A program made the translations under genes and the position numbers. Under the pieces are notes generated by a model, which saw nothing but the letters and a program-made list of their open reading frames with translations, did no database searches and had not been told where the DNA came from. This document shows positions 30,273-41,854 of a stretch of 64,000 nt of DNA, one piece after another. The DNA lies in assembly GCA_034439575.1 (NCBI GenBank), contig JAWXAQ010000007.1, positions 224,001 through 288,000 on the forward strand, read 5' to 3'. Positions within the stretch are counted from its first letter, which is position 1. Every line of letters begins with the position of its first letter. The DNA comes from Leptospira sp. (GTDB lineage: Bacteria; Spirochaetota; Leptospiria; Leptospirales; Leptospiraceae).

Positions 30273-31367
30273 CTAATATAGTTTTTGGTAAAGTAATTTG
30301 ATACCGCTCATTTGGTCATTCCAATCAAAACGTAAAGTATTTTGGATGCCAAGTTTTGAAATTCTGCTTCGTTCTTGTGGATTTCTGAGGAGAAGTAATA
30401 ATTTTGTTTGAAAGTCTTCATTGTCTAATGGATCAAAAAGTAAAGCGGATTGGCCTAGTATTTCTGGAAGCACGGTGGCATTAGAAGATAATACTGGAGT
30501 TCCGACGGCTTGGGCTTCTAAGACAGGAAATCCAAATCCTTCAAATAATGAAGGAAAAATAAATAATTTTGCCGCTTGGTACAATAAGGGCAATTCGTTG
30601 TAAGGAATATGTTTCAGAATTTGAATTTGATTTGGAAACCGACGAATTAATTCATTAATTTCAGCGGGTATCTCTTTTGACATACCCGCAATCACTAAAG
30701 GGATCTCTAGTTCACCTTTTAACCAAAGATCTGTTAAATTATGCGCCAAAAAACCAAAATTTTTATGTGGTTTTCCAATTCCTACAAAAAGTAAAAATTC
30801 AGAAGGTAGGTGATATTTTTTTTTGAATGCATTGATTTTGGAACTTGGCGATTTTGAAAAATTATTAGGTTCAATGCCATTGTGTATTACATCGATTGTA
30901 TTAATTTTGCGTCCAAATTGGACATGAAAATCCATTCTTGTATATTCTGAAACAGTAACGACTTTCAGGGCAAACCATGAAATCAATCGCAAAACAATGT
31001 TTAGATAAACTCTTTTGACCAGTGATGAATGTGCTGATTTAAAATGATATGGAATTAAATCATGAATTGTAACTATGCACTTTCTTAAGTATCGGATAGG
31101 GATATTGAAATGAGGAATATCCAAAAAATCCATATCTTTCATAAGCGGGTGTCCAAACCATTCCCTTATACTGTATATCTTTGGGGTGTAATGGATAATT
31201 TTTGAATCTTTCGGTAATTCGTATTTGGAGAGAATCATTTCATCACCAAACACAAATAATTCATATGTATTTTTGCTAATTGGCCATAACTTTAATATAT
31301 GTTGGATTCGCACTCCTATCCCGGAATGTTCAATCATTCTCGCATCAAAGCCTATTTTTCTTCTCAT
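30273..31367 (-). CDS. Glycosyltransferase family 4 (GT-B)
   Basis: [31 protein letters not shown] 31367 preferred. Confidence 0.92.
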   Translation of the reverse strand: MRRKIGFDARMIEHSGIGVRIQHILKLWPISKNTYELFVFGDEMILSKYELPKDSKIIHYTPKIYSIREWFGHPLMKDMDFLDIPHFNIPIRYLRKCIVTIHDLIPYHFKSAHSSLVKRVYLNIVLRLISWFALKVVTVSEYTRMDFHVQFGRKINTIDVIHNGIEPNNFSKSPSSKINAFKKKYHLPSEFLLFVGIGKPHKNFGFLAHNLTDLWLKGELEIPLVIAGMSKEIPAEINELIRRFPNQIQILKHIPYNELPLLYQAAKLFIFPSLFEGFGFPVLEAQAVGTPVLSSNATVLPEILGQSALLFDPLDNEDFQTKLLLLLRNPQERSRISKLGIQNTLRFDWNDQMSGIKLLYQKLY

Positions 31368-31450
31368 TGATTTTTCCAATATATCTGTTATTCTCGATAA
31401 AAACGAGAACAATCTTCTCAATTTGTAACAAGGAAGAAGTCAAAATAATT

Positions 31451-32002
31451 ATGGAAGAATTAGTAGAAGAAATCCTAAGACAAGTCGGTGAAGATCCAAC
31501 TCGTGAAGGTTTGGTCAAAACACCAAATCGAGTCAAAAAAGCATATGAATTCCTGACCAGTGGTTATAGCGCAGATATTAACAAAATTGTAAACGGTGCT
31601 ATCTTTGAAGAGAAAACAACAGGTATGGTTTTAGTGCGCGATATTGAGTTATATTCTTTGTGCGAACATCATTTACTTCCATTTTTTGGCCGAGCTCACG
31701 TGGCCTATATTCCAAATAAGAAAATTATCGGTATCAGTAAAATTCCACGCATTGTCGATATTTTCGCTCGGAGATTGCAAGTGCAGGAAAGACTGACGGA
31801 TCAAATCGCACAAGCAATCCAAGAAACACTAGATCCTTTAGGAGTGGGTGTTGTGATTAAGGCAAAGCATCTTTGTATGATGATGAGAGGAGTAGAAAAA
31901 CAAAATTCAGAATTGTTCACTTCAAGTCTCATGGGTTTATTCAAATCAGATGCGACGACTCGAAGTGAATTTTTGGATCTAATTAGAACTGGATCTCATT
32001 AA
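31451..32002 (+). CDS. folE: GTP cyclohydrolase I
   Basis: [42 protein letters not shown] 31451. Confidence 0.97.
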   Translation: MEELVEEILRQVGEDPTREGLVKTPNRVKKAYEFLTSGYSADINKIVNGAIFEEKTTGMVLVRDIELYSLCEHHLLPFFGRAHVAYIPNKKIIGISKIPRIVDIFARRLQVQERLTDQIAQAIQETLDPLGVGVVIKAKHLCMMMRGVEKQNSELFTSSLMGLFKSDATTRSEFLDLIRTGSH

Positions 32003-32085
32003 AAATTCATTCTAAGAAAAAAGAATACGAAACTGACTCGACAGTACAAGCTCTCTTTGTCAAATTTTTCCGTTAGAGGAATGAG

Positions 32086-34053
32086 ATGGCCAAAGAGAGA
32101 ATCGTCCCACCAAGTACTGAATTTAAAAAACAAGCAAACATAGATTTAAAAATTTATAAAGCACGATACAAATTATCTATAGATAAACCTGAGAAATTTT
32201 GGGCTGAGGAAGCTTCTCATTTAACTTGGATTAAAAAGTGGAAAAAGATACTATCGCATGACTTTGCCAAAGCTAAAGTTAAGTGGTTCGAAGGTGGTAA
32301 GATCAATGTATCTGAAAATTGCCTTGATCGACATTTAAATTCTCCATTAAAAAACAAAGCAGCCATTATATGGGAAGGAGACAGTCCTGACGAAAGTCGT
32401 GTATTAACTTATTTTGATTTATATCGAGAAGTTAACAAATTCGCAAATGTCTTAAAAAATCTAAAAGTAAAAAAGGGGGATCGTGTACTTATATATCTAC
32501 CAATGATCCCCGAACTAGCTATTGTTACACTTGCATGTACAAGAATCGGTGCTGTCCATTCCGTAGTATTTGGTGGATTTTCTCCAGAAGCTTTACTTGG
32601 TAGGATTGAAGATTCCAAGCCATCGCTAGTTATTACTGCAGATGGCGGATATCGAGGTGGCAAGACCATCGCTTTAAAAAGCAATGTCGATGCGGCATTA
32701 GAAAAAACAAATGTCAAAATCAATGATGTAGTTGTTGTTAGACGAACAGGCGAAGAAGGGGCATTGAATTGGAAAGAAGGAAGAGATCATTGGTATCATT
32801 TTTTAATGAAAGACAATGAAATTGCATCTTATTGTTCTCCAACGGCAATGGATTCTGAAGATCCATTGTTCATCTTATATACTTCCGGATCTACAGGAAA
32901 ACCAAAAGGTGTTTTGCATACAACCGCGGGTTATTTGTTAGGTGCTAATCTAACATTCCGTTCCATATTTGATTACAAAGAAACAGATACTTTTTGGTGT
33001 ACTGCGGATATTGGATGGATCACTGGTCATAGTTATATTTTGTATGGACCACTCTCTAATGGGGCAACATCCCTTATGTTTGAAGGTGTTCCGAGTTATC
33101 CTGATTTTGGAAGATTTTGGGACGTGATCGATAAGTATGGTGTTACTATTTTTTATACAGCGCCCACTGCGATTCGAGCATTGATGCGAGAAAGTTTGGA
33201 TTTTATTCAAAAAAGATCATTAAAAACATTACGACTCTTAGGTTCCGTTGGGGAACCTATCAATCCTGAGGCATGGGAATGGTATTATAAATATATTGGA
33301 AAATCTAAATGTCCAATTGTTGATACTTGGTGGCAAACGGAAACAGGATCCATTATGATCTCTGGAGTTCCTGGCGCATTCCCACAAAAACCTGGTTCAG
33401 CAAGTTTACCATTTTACGGAGTCAGTCCAGTGTTAGTAGACAATGATGGAAAAGAAATAAAAGATAAAGGCGAAATTTCAGGAAATTTATGTATTTCTTC
33501 GCCATGGCCTTCCATGATGCGAGGTGTTTATGGAGATCCAAAACGTTTTTTTGATACTTATTTCTCCCAGTTTCCAGGTTACTATTTTACGGGCGATGGT
33601 GCCAAAAGAGATACTGATGGGTACTTTCGTATAACAGGCAGAGTCGATGATGTGCTGAATGTTTCGGGTCACCGAATTGGTTCTGCGGAAGTAGAAAGTG
33701 CACTTGTTGAACACAAATCTATAGCTGAAGCCGCAGTGGTTGGATTTCCTCATGATATAAAAGGCCAAGGAATTTATGCTTACGTGACCGTCAAACAAGG
33801 TGTAGCTTCTAATGATACTTTGAAAAAAGAACTGATCGAGATTGTAGAAAAAGTAATTGGAAAGATTGCAAGACCTGATGTGATCCATTGGGCTCCAGGA
33901 CTTCCAAAAACTCGATCTGGTAAAATTATGCGAAGAATTTTGAGAAAAATTGCCTGTGACGAATTTGATACCTTAGGTGATATTTCTACCTTAGCCGATC
34001 CAAGCGTTGTAAAAACATTAGTAGAGGATAAAAAGAAATTTCATAGCAACTAA
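32086..34053 (+). CDS. acs: Acetyl-CoA synthetase (AMP-forming)
   Basis: [40 protein letters not shown]. Confidence 0.97.
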   Translation: MAKERIVPPSTEFKKQANIDLKIYKARYKLSIDKPEKFWAEEASHLTWIKKWKKILSHDFAKAKVKWFEGGKINVSENCLDRHLNSPLKNKAAIIWEGDSPDESRVLTYFDLYREVNKFANVLKNLKVKKGDRVLIYLPMIPELAIVTLACTRIGAVHSVVFGGFSPEALLGRIEDSKPSLVITADGGYRGGKTIALKSNVDAALEKTNVKINDVVVVRRTGEEGALNWKEGRDHWYHFLMKDNEIASYCSPTAMDSEDPLFILYTSGSTGKPKGVLHTTAGYLLGANLTFRSIFDYKETDTFWCTADIGWITGHSYILYGPLSNGATSLMFEGVPSYPDFGRFWDVIDKYGVTIFYTAPTAIRALMRESLDFIQKRSLKTLRLLGSVGEPINPEAWEWYYKYIGKSKCPIVDTWWQTETGSIMISGVPGAFPQKPGSASLPFYGVSPVLVDNDGKEIKDKGEISGNLCISSPWPSMMRGVYGDPKRFFDTYFSQFPGYYFTGDGAKRDTDGYFRITGRVDDVLNVSGHRIGSAEVESALVEHKSIAEAAVVGFPHDIKGQGIYAYVTVKQGVASNDTLKKELIEIVEKVIGKIARPDVIHWAPGLPKTRSGKIMRRILRKIACDEFDTLGDISTLADPSVVKTLVEDKKKFHSN

Positions 34054-35234
34054 AACTCAAGCTGATCAAAGGCAAAGGGCCCGATGACAAATTGGAATTC
34101 TTTTTCTATATTTTCATCGTCCCTTTGTTTCAGTAAACTTTTGTAAAGATTTGATTTTTTAGAATCTTTATCTTTAAACCAAAATTGCCCAAACAATAAA
34201 TATTCACGATTTTTTCTATATGATTGGATGTGGTCTTCGAGAATCTGATCTTTTAAATTATCTTTGTTTTTTATATCATTTACGAGTACGTCCATAGCCA
34301 ATGTTTCACGTTCCCAACCAAGATTCGCATAACTTTGTCTAAGCAAAAATAAAAATTCCCCCCAATCGCTTTTCACATTATTCTTTAGTGCGATAAAGAA
34401 TGCTCTTCTGAACATAGCAAGGGATTCCAGATTCCTTCCATTTTCTTGTAAAAAAACACCATACTGTACATAGTATCTAGTATCTTCTTTAAAAGTCACA
34501 CAAGCTAGAATGTATGCATCCTCTACCAGCGGTGATTTTTTTCCTCTTCGTGCGAGAATCAAAGTTTCATACATACCTTCCACTCGTGGAAAGAAGGGTA
34601 AGTAACGAATGACTAAATTTTCAGTCTCTTTCCATTTTTTAAGTTTTAAGTTTTTAGATAATGAGGCTTGCAATGCCTCTCCTTCTGTTTTAAAGGATGT
34701 ATCATTTTCTAAATTTTGTATGTAATTTTGGTATTGTTCTTCCTTACCAATACGCCGAGCAAGGATTGCTGATTTATAAAGGCGATCCTTATCTGTCGGA
34801 ACAATGATTAAATATCGTTCGTTATATTCTAGGGCAATATCTGGTTTTCTTTCCTTTTCATAAAAATCTGCAATTCTCAGAAGGAGGACAATTTGTTTAG
34901 GATCCGCATCCACTGAACTCCTAAAGGCATTCATAGCTTCATGGAAGTTACCCAATTTCCAATGAGCTTCTCCCGTCAAATTGTGAAACCGTGAATCTAA
35001 TTCCGGTTTGATTTCGCGAGCTTTAGCCAAAAAGGAAAATGCTTGGTTTGGGCTATCTGTTTCAATTTTCTGTTCAGCGATATTGAGCAAATGGTCATAG
35101 GTAAAGAAAAGTTTTACTGGATTTACAGGTTCTGAATAAATTCCAAAAGCAAAAAGAAATAGACTTGTTAAGAGAAGCTGCAACTGCCAATTTCTCCTTG
35201 ACCGTGATACCATGTATGGTTTCTCATCGGTCAT
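34050..35234 (-). CDS. Exported TPR-repeat protein
   Basis: Signal-like hydrophobic stretch; helical TPR pattern ([25 protein letters not shown]); start uncertain. Confidence 0.7.
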   Translation of the reverse strand: MTDEKPYMVSRSRRNWQLQLLLTSLFLFAFGIYSEPVNPVKLFFTYDHLLNIAEQKIETDSPNQAFSFLAKAREIKPELDSRFHNLTGEAHWKLGNFHEAMNAFRSSVDADPKQIVLLLRIADFYEKERKPDIALEYNERYLIIVPTDKDRLYKSAILARRIGKEEQYQNYIQNLENDTSFKTEGEALQASLSKNLKLKKWKETENLVIRYLPFFPRVEGMYETLILARRGKKSPLVEDAYILACVTFKEDTRYYVQYGVFLQENGRNLESLAMFRRAFFIALKNNVKSDWGEFLFLLRQSYANLGWERETLAMDVLVNDIKNKDNLKDQILEDHIQSYRKNREYLLFGQFWFKDKDSKKSNLYKSLLKQRDDENIEKEFQFVIGPFAFDQLEF

Positions 35235-35285
35235 CTTCTAAAATTACTTAGAAAATCAAAATAATCCATTCTAAAAGAGGACTTC

Positions 35286-37433
35286 ATGAATGCAGAGCTG
35301 ATCATCATCGTCATGGCTTTACTATCTATTGTCACGGCGATATTCTACGCTAGCCGAGTCGTTCGAATTAAAGTTGGCGCAGAAGGCGGCAACGTTGAAC
35401 AAAATAAACGTCTAATCGAAATTGCCGCAGCCATCTCCGAGGGAGCTATGGCTTTCCTTCTCCGCGAATACCGTGTCATTTTACTTTTTATTAGTTTTAT
35501 GACAGTTCTTATCTTCGTTTTATTAGATAATCCAAAAACTGAATTCAATGAAGGTATTTATACTTCCGTCGCATTTATCAGTGGCGCATTGATTTCTTGC
35601 TTATCCGGTTTCATTGGAATGAAAATAGCAACTGCAGGTAATGTCAGAACAGCCCAAGCGGCAAAGACATCACTTTCAGCGGCATTCCGAGTAGCTTTTG
35701 ATTCGGGTGCAGTGATGGGATTTGGGCTAATTGGATTGGCTGTGCTCGGACTCATTGGCCTATTTATGGCGTTTACTGGATTGAACGTAGGTGTTGAAAA
35801 ACACATTCTTATGGAATCACTCGCTGGATTCGGACTCGGTGGATCTTCTGTTGCACTCTTTGGTCGAGTTGGCGGTGGTATCTATACGAAGGCCGCCGAC
35901 GTGGGCGCTGATTTAGTGGGAAAAGTGGAAAAAGGCATCCCTGAAGATGATCCTCGTAACCCTGCCACCATCGCTGACAATGTCGGTGATAACGTGGGTG
36001 ATATAGCTGGTATGGGTGCTGACCTTTTTGGTTCAGCCGCAGAAGCTACTTGCGCGGCTCTAGTCATTGGTGCCACAGCATCTGCGTTAGCTGATAATAC
36101 AGCGGCTCTTCTTTATCCACTATTGATTTCTGCCATTGGAATTCCTGCTTCACTCATCACATCTTTTTTTGCACGAGTCAAAGAAAATGGAAATGTTGAG
36201 AGAGCTCTCAAATTTCAATTATGGATTTCTACATTTTTAGTAGCGATCGGTCTTTATTTTATGACTGACGTCTTTATGATTGATAGTTTTCAAATTGCTG
36301 ACCAAACAATCACTAAATGGAATGTTTATATCTCTGTATTGTTAGGTTTGTTCGCTGGTATGTTTATCGGATGGATCACTGAAATTTTTACTTCGCATTC
36401 TTATAAACCTGTTAGAGAAGTAGCTGATGCTTGTGATACTGGTGCTGCGACTAACATTATATATGGTTTAGCTCTTGGTTATAAATCATCAGTAGTTCCT
36501 GTTGTGTTACTTGTTATTGTGATCGTAGCTTCCAATTTAATTGCTGGTATGTATGGAATTGCCGTGGCTGCTATCGGTATGATTTCTACGATCGCAATCG
36601 GTCTTACTATCGATGCGTACGGACCTGTATCTGACAATGCTGGTGGTATTGCTGAGATGGCCGAACTTGGTAAAGAAGTAAGAGATCGTACAGACAATCT
36701 TGACGCTGCTGGAAATACAACGGCGGCAGTAGGTAAAGGATTTGCTATTGGTTCAGCTGCATTGACTTCACTTGCTTTATTCGCGGCGTTCATTACTAGA
36801 ACACAAGCAACTGCTAAATCAATGGGTGAAGGTGCTATTGATCTTACATCAATTGAGTTACTTGATCCTTGGGTGTTTGGTGGATTATTGTTTGGTGCTA
36901 TGTTACCATTTATTTTCTCCGCTATGACTATGAAATCTGTAGGTAAAGCAGCTTTGGATATGGTTAAGGAAGTGAGACGTCAATTCAAAGAGATTCCTGG
37001 GCTTATGGAAGGAACTGCAAAACCAGAATACGCAAAGTGCGTTGATATTTCTACATCAGCGGCCCTTCGTGAAATGATTCCTCCTGGTCTTTTAGTTTTA
37101 CTTAGTCCAATTGTTGTAGGGTATCTCTTTGGTGTGAAATCATTAGCTGGTATGTTAGCTGGTGCTCTTGTATCAGGTGTTGTTTTAGCAATATCAATGG
37201 CAAACTCTGGTGGTGCTTGGGACAATGCTAAAAAGTATATAGAAAAAATGGCAGGTGGAAAAGGTTCCGACAAACACAAAGCAGCTGTTGTTGGTGATAC
37301 TGTTGGAGATCCGTTTAAAGATACTTCAGGACCATCTATCAACATTCTCATCAAACTAATGGCCATAACTTCATTAGTATTTGCTGAATTCTTTGTGTTG
37401 AAAGGTGGGATTTTACTGCATCTTTTTAAATAA
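35286..37433 (+). CDS. hppA: Membrane-integral ion-pumping pyrophosphatase (K+-dependent, probably H+-pumping)
   Basis: [54 protein letters not shown]. Confidence 0.96.
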   Translation: MNAELIIIVMALLSIVTAIFYASRVVRIKVGAEGGNVEQNKRLIEIAAAISEGAMAFLLREYRVILLFISFMTVLIFVLLDNPKTEFNEGIYTSVAFISGALISCLSGFIGMKIATAGNVRTAQAAKTSLSAAFRVAFDSGAVMGFGLIGLAVLGLIGLFMAFTGLNVGVEKHILMESLAGFGLGGSSVALFGRVGGGIYTKAADVGADLVGKVEKGIPEDDPRNPATIADNVGDNVGDIAGMGADLFGSAAEATCAALVIGATASALADNTAALLYPLLISAIGIPASLITSFFARVKENGNVERALKFQLWISTFLVAIGLYFMTDVFMIDSFQIADQTITKWNVYISVLLGLFAGMFIGWITEIFTSHSYKPVREVADACDTGAATNIIYGLALGYKSSVVPVVLLVIVIVASNLIAGMYGIAVAAIGMISTIAIGLTIDAYGPVSDNAGGIAEMAELGKEVRDRTDNLDAAGNTTAAVGKGFAIGSAALTSLALFAAFITRTQATAKSMGEGAIDLTSIELLDPWVFGGLLFGAMLPFIFSAMTMKSVGKAALDMVKEVRRQFKEIPGLMEGTAKPEYAKCVDISTSAALREMIPPGLLVLLSPIVVGYLFGVKSLAGMLAGALVSGVVLAISMANSGGAWDNAKKYIEKMAGGKGSDKHKAAVVGDTVGDPFKDTSGPSINILIKLMAITSLVFAEFFVLKGGILLHLFK

Positions 37434-37460
37434 ATAAGAAACTTTTATTTATCTAATTTG

Positions 37461-37489
37461 AAAGCCGGACATTTAGTTCGGCTTTTTTT
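37461..37489 (+). terminator. Rho-independent terminator after hppA (possibly bidirectional)
   Basis: AAAGCCGGAC-ATTTA-GTTCGGCTTT stem-loop followed by a T run. Confidence 0.85.
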
Positions 37490-37922
37490 ATTGCGTGGTA
37501 AATCGAAATATATAATCTGTTCCGAGAGTTTCTGTGGTCGTTGATTTTATCGCTGATCTTAATGTAATGCTATAACTAGAATTTGCATCAAAGATTGTAC
37601 TGGGTCTTAAAGTAAGAACTCGATTATTTGTCGTGGCTGTTAGACTAGTAATGGTATTTGCCGTTGGTTGCGAAAAAGAAATATTACCCGATATAGAACT
37701 GTTATCCAAGTTTTTTGAAAATGTGATAGAGATATTTGTATTTCGATTAACATTTGTTTCATTGTTAGTGGGACTTGTGCTTGAAACTTCAAAAGCTGTG
37801 ACTTCTGTAGCAGCAGGCAATGCGAGAACACCCAATACAAATGGTTCGGGTTTAGGTGTGCATGATATTTGATAGGCGCATAGAAAAGTGAGGAATATAG
37901 AACTAAAGTATCTGAGATTCAT
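37488..37922 (-). CDS. Lipoprotein with a single bacterial Ig-like domain
   Basis: Lipobox ISC; V.STSP..N..NV...I.ITFS..LD...L.P......Y...FTT pattern. Confidence 0.78.
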   Translation of the reverse strand: MNLRYFSSIFLTFLCAYQISCTPKPEPFVLGVLALPAATEVTAFEVSSTSPTNNETNVNRNTNISITFSKNLDNSSISGNISFSQPTANTITSLTATTNNRVLTLRPSTIFDANSSYSITLRSAIKSTTTETLGTDYIFRFTTQ

Positions 37923-37951
37923 AATTCGCGATCGCCTATACTATTTTACGA

Positions 37952-38251
37952 CTAATTTCCCTTAATTACAGTGCAAAGTTTTGCATAAATTCCAAAAAAG
38001 CTGAATGAATATTGATCAATGGCAAATATTTTATCAATGGAATAGTCCGATTGGACTAATTGCGAACTGGCATCGCCCCAAGCAACTAAACCGAGAACAG
38101 AATGTGCACATGCCTGTCCTTGTTTAATCGATTTCTGACCGGTAGAATAAAGGGATAATGTAGATTCGTTAAATAACAAACCATGAGGTCCAGATCCGCT
38201 ACTAGCACAGGACAATACGAAAATTCCTATCGTAAGAATGAGTTTATGCAT
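37952..38251 (-). CDS. TRL-like family lipoprotein
   Basis: Lipobox LSC; GQACAHSVLGLVAWGDAS, C-terminal CTVIKG. Confidence 0.82.
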   Translation of the reverse strand: MHKLILTIGIFVLSCASSGSGPHGLLFNESTLSLYSTGQKSIKQGQACAHSVLGLVAWGDASSQLVQSDYSIDKIFAIDQYSFSFFGIYAKLCTVIKGN

Positions 38252-38489
38252 TCAATTCTTTATCTAAAAGTTTTGATAGTTGGTTTTGCAATTGAATTAT
38301 TTCATCTAGAATTTTATGAATTTGATTCTCTTTCCTCTCAATTTCATTTTGAATCGCACTGATATCTTTTATTTTCTTTTTCGTTTTTTGATTTTGGTAA
38401 CTTGTGAGTTTTTGATTGAGAGATTCATACAATTCTCCGGATTTTAAATGTTTTGAAAACTCCAATAAGTTATCAAAGTCTTTGCTCAT
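38244..38489 (-). CDS. Small coiled-coil hypothetical protein
   Basis: 81 aa with heptad pattern; overlaps both neighbours (translational coupling). Confidence 0.55.
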   Translation of the reverse strand: MSKDFDNLLEFSKHLKSGELYESLNQKLTSYQNQKTKKKIKDISAIQNEIERKENQIHKILDEIIQLQNQLSKLLDKELNA

Positions 38490-38806
38490 ATACCTGTTAC
38501 TTTAGTACAATATTCCTGAATGAAAAAATATTGAGTCTTCACAGATTGATTGATTGTATATAACTCTTTAATATGAGCCTGCTGTTGTGCAAGGTCAGCG
38601 CTAGCATCACCATAAGAAAATAGTCCAAAATAACTCGTGATACAACTTTCTCCGATGATAGAAACTGAACGATTTGAAATTGATTTTCCATAAATTCCAA
38701 GTTCGGCTTTATTTTTATAAAAGGTTAAACTAGGATTTCCAAATTGAATGCTTAAACAATTTATAATGAGGAAGAAACTAGTTAATACAAAAAAGAAAAT
38801 TTTCAT
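38486..38806 (-). CDS. TRL-like family lipoprotein (second paralogue)
   Basis: ATG 38806, lipobox INC; GESCITSYFGLFSYGDAS, CTKVTG. Confidence 0.78.
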   Translation of the reverse strand: MKIFFFVLTSFFLIINCLSIQFGNPSLTFYKNKAELGIYGKSISNRSVSIIGESCITSYFGLFSYGDASADLAQQQAHIKELYTINQSVKTQYFFIQEYCTKVTGI

Positions 38807-38816
38807 ACGATGAAAT

Positions 38817-39701
38817 TTATTCTGTAATCTTTTTTTCCTGATCAATGGTTGTAGTAGGATCTTTCTTAGTTGAAGATTCAGTGCTTCCAGTTTCAAAGAA
38901 ATAAAAATAGGAAATTCGTATCCCTCTATCCATTGCATTATCATTTTTCGCAAGTAAACTAAATAGTAAGGAAACACTCATAGTTCCCGATGAATCGGAT
39001 TTATATGAGATACCAGGATAAAAATTTAAAAATCTTGTTCGTGAATCAATTAACTTATCGAAAGGTTCACGGTATTCAAATTCGGTAAAAGCACGAAAAC
39101 TGGGGCTTAACTCTACTGATGGAGCAATACCAAATTGATAGTACCTTCTAAATTCTTCTAAATTTCCTTCGCGAAAGGAACGATTTGTTTCTGTTTGGAA
39201 TCTGAACTCGGTCATCACTTCGAATCGACCATTTTTATATCCGATTCCGAAATTTGGTCTTACTAAATAGTAATCCGGATTTTCTCGTTCACGAATCTCC
39301 GAGTTTCTTCTTTTGTCATAGAGACGAATTCCACCACCAACTAACAATTGCGAAGAACCAAAGTCAAAAACTTTGCCGTATTTTAATCCAAAATTCCATC
39401 GGTCCCAAGTTGTTTCAGGCATCGCATCTGAAATCGAATAATTATTTCTGCCAATCGAACTTGTCGCAGAAAAATTGTTCCAAAAAATATATTCACCTTC
39501 TACTTGGAAATTTCTGTTTTGTTCATATACACCCAAATATCTTTTATCCCAGTAAGAAAAGTCACCGCGAATTTTTTTATAAACTGCTACTGGCTCAATT
39601 TGAAGCGGGTGAGCAAAGTTAGAATTTGTCTGACTCATTATAGAGGAAGAAAAACAGATTGATATAAAAAATATAGATAGTAAATTAAAAATTAAATTCA
39701 T
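38817..39701 (-). CDS. Putative outer-membrane beta-barrel protein
   Basis: Signal peptide, amphipathic aromatic-rich strands, polar C-terminal tail. Confidence 0.6.
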   Translation of the reverse strand: MNLIFNLLSIFFISICFSSSIMSQTNSNFAHPLQIEPVAVYKKIRGDFSYWDKRYLGVYEQNRNFQVEGEYIFWNNFSATSSIGRNNYSISDAMPETTWDRWNFGLKYGKVFDFGSSQLLVGGGIRLYDKRRNSEIRERENPDYYLVRPNFGIGYKNGRFEVMTEFRFQTETNRSFREGNLEEFRRYYQFGIAPSVELSPSFRAFTEFEYREPFDKLIDSRTRFLNFYPGISYKSDSSGTMSVSLLFSLLAKNDNAMDRGIRISYFYFFETGSTESSTKKDPTTTIDQEKKITE

Positions 39702-40552
39702 TGGCCAATACCTGTAATTGGTGAAATTAAAGTGCTGAGTTGATTGCCTAATATTTGAAAACCTAAATTATTTGGATGTATACAATCTAACATATATTGT
39801 GCATTTGATGCTGGGGGCCCGCCTAATGTTCGTCTCATATCAACATAATAGAAAGTCGGTTCTTCTGAGGTAATTGATTTAAGCATAGTGTTGAATGCAT
39901 CCAATGTTGATTGGGAAATGGATTCTGCTTCCGTTGCTGTAAAACCAGCGGATACATAGCTAGCCTTACAACCATAAGTCAAACCAGTGACGAGTGGTGG
40001 CATATTTATATTTGCGTAATCATAACCATGCATGACCCATTTCAAAGGTGATCCACCATATTTAGAAATTTTGTATGCATTTCCTGTTTGGATGATATTT
40101 TTAATTTGAGCTTTTAATTTATTGAGTCTAGATGTTCTAACGGAATCTAACTGATTATAGTAATCACTAACATTTGTAAGCAAATCATTTCCACCTAAAG
40201 AAAGTAACATTACGCTCACACTCGGGCCAGTTTGATCTATTACTTGATAATGCAATCCTTGACTAATCGCATCGTCTAAGGTTCTTCCGCCGAGTGTGGC
40301 CCCTGTAATATTATAACTATGATTTTTTTCTAATTGGACACGTAACGTATCAACTAATGGATAACCGACGAGCAAATCTGTCCAACTATCACCGATCATA
40401 CCAATTCTTGCAGGCGTTTGACCGTTGCATGCAGCAAATGAATAACAAAAAACACTAAGAGTAATGTCATCAAAATATGATTTTTTAGTATCACAGTTTG
40501 AGACTGCTAAACTCAAAAATAATAGTATTAAAAAATTTTCAATTTTTCTCAT
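39698..40552 (-). CDS. SGNH/GDSL-family hydrolase lipoprotein
   Basis: Lipobox SNC; GDSW, GGND, DCIHP blocks. Confidence 0.88.
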   Translation of the reverse strand: MRKIENFLILLFLSLAVSNCDTKKSYFDDITLSVFCYSFAACNGQTPARIGMIGDSWTDLLVGYPLVDTLRVQLEKNHSYNITGATLGGRTLDDAISQGLHYQVIDQTGPSVSVMLLSLGGNDLLTNVSDYYNQLDSVRTSRLNKLKAQIKNIIQTGNAYKISKYGGSPLKWVMHGYDYANINMPPLVTGLTYGCKASYVSAGFTATEAESISQSTLDAFNTMLKSITSEEPTFYYVDMRRTLGGPPASNAQYMLDCIHPNNLGFQILGNQLSTLISPITGIGQ

Positions 40553-40553
40553 G

Positions 40554-41813
40554 TTAGTTTTTAACCTTTCTAAAATGATAATCCATAATAACTGATGCTG
40601 TTAGATCTCCACTCAGATTGATAGCAGTTCTACACATATCCAAAAGTCGGTCTACTCCAAAAATTATAGCAATTCCTTCAATGGGAATGTTAAAACTTTG
40701 GAGTATAGAACCGAGAATGACAATCCCGACACCAGGTGTAGCAGCCGTTCCAATAGACGCTCCTGTAACAGTGATTAAGAGCAAAATCAATTGAAAAAAA
40801 GTAAATTCGATATTGTAAACTTGAGCAATAAAAATTGTCGCCACAGCTTGGTAAAGAGCAGTTCCATCCATATTGATCGTAGCGCCAAGAGGTAAAACAA
40901 AATCAGCAATCTTATGTTGAATATGCAATTTTTCTTTAGCCACTTTCAATGAAATAGGTAACACGGAACTAGAACTTGAAGTGGAAAATCCCAATATCTG
41001 AACTTCTTTGATTGCAATTATAAAATCGCGAGGTTTTCTTTTTGCAAAAAGGTATGCGAACAAAAGATAAACGCAATACATTATTAATAATCCAATAATA
41101 ACTGTTAGAACATAGAAGAAAAGACCGGAGAGTAGCGATACGCCTATTTGAGTGATAGCATAACACATAAGTCCAAATACGGCAAGTGGAGCAATACGCA
41201 TTGCAATATTTACTACCCAGATACAGAAAGATTCAATGGAAGTTAGTAATGATTTTAGTGGAGCAGATTTGACTTGGTCGGATGCTAGAAAAAATATTCC
41301 TAATAAAATTCCAAGAAGAACAAGAGATAACATCTGTTGATCTAAAATAGATTTGATTATGTTTTTTGGGACTATATTTGCTATTAATTGAGGTATAGAA
41401 GGAGATTTTTCATTCCCAGAAAGTTTTTCAGATATAAATTCTGTTTTTATCTCTTTAGGGCTAGTTATATAAGATCCTGGCTTTATTGTTACAGCCAAAC
41501 CAATTCCAATAGATATAGCAATGAAGGTTGTAAATACAAAATAAATCATAGTCTTTGAACCTAAATTGAATAATTCATTAAGGCTGGATAAACTTGAAAC
41601 ACCTAATGCTACCGAGGCGATAACTAGGGGAACCATAATCATTTGCAATAAGTTTAAAAAAATATCTCCTGGCAAACGAAACCATGGAATGTACAGAGAA
41701 CTGGTTTCTTTATTTAAAATTCCGGAATCAGGATGAAATATCAAACCCATCAAACTTCCCAAAAAAAACGAAATTAAAATAAGCATCCAGAAGGGCAGTA
41801 GTTTAGTTCTCAT
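40554..41813 (-). CDS. Dicarboxylate/amino acid:cation (DAACS/GltP-type) symporter
   Basis: FSTSSSS, PLGATINMDGT, DR.LDM.RT..N..GD. Confidence 0.93.
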   Translation of the reverse strand: MRTKLLPFWMLILISFFLGSLMGLIFHPDSGILNKETSSLYIPWFRLPGDIFLNLLQMIMVPLVIASVALGVSSLSSLNELFNLGSKTMIYFVFTTFIAISIGIGLAVTIKPGSYITSPKEIKTEFISEKLSGNEKSPSIPQLIANIVPKNIIKSILDQQMLSLVLLGILLGIFFLASDQVKSAPLKSLLTSIESFCIWVVNIAMRIAPLAVFGLMCYAITQIGVSLLSGLFFYVLTVIIGLLIMYCVYLLFAYLFAKRKPRDFIIAIKEVQILGFSTSSSSSVLPISLKVAKEKLHIQHKIADFVLPLGATINMDGTALYQAVATIFIAQVYNIEFTFFQLILLLITVTGASIGTAATPGVGIVILGSILQSFNIPIEGIAIIFGVDRLLDMCRTAINLSGDLTASVIMDYHFRKVKN

Positions 41814-41854
41814 AACCAAACAATTAAGATATGAGTATGAACTGTAAATCTAAT

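Noticed and set aside
31280-31450. Long overlapping N-termini of folE and the GT4 gene in the ORF track
   Set aside because: Family similarity begins at ATG 31451 and ATG 31367, leaving a normal 83-bp divergent spacer
34302-34317. Third parS site (TGTTTCACGTTCCCAA)
   Set aside because: Only 11/16 match; right half-site is lost
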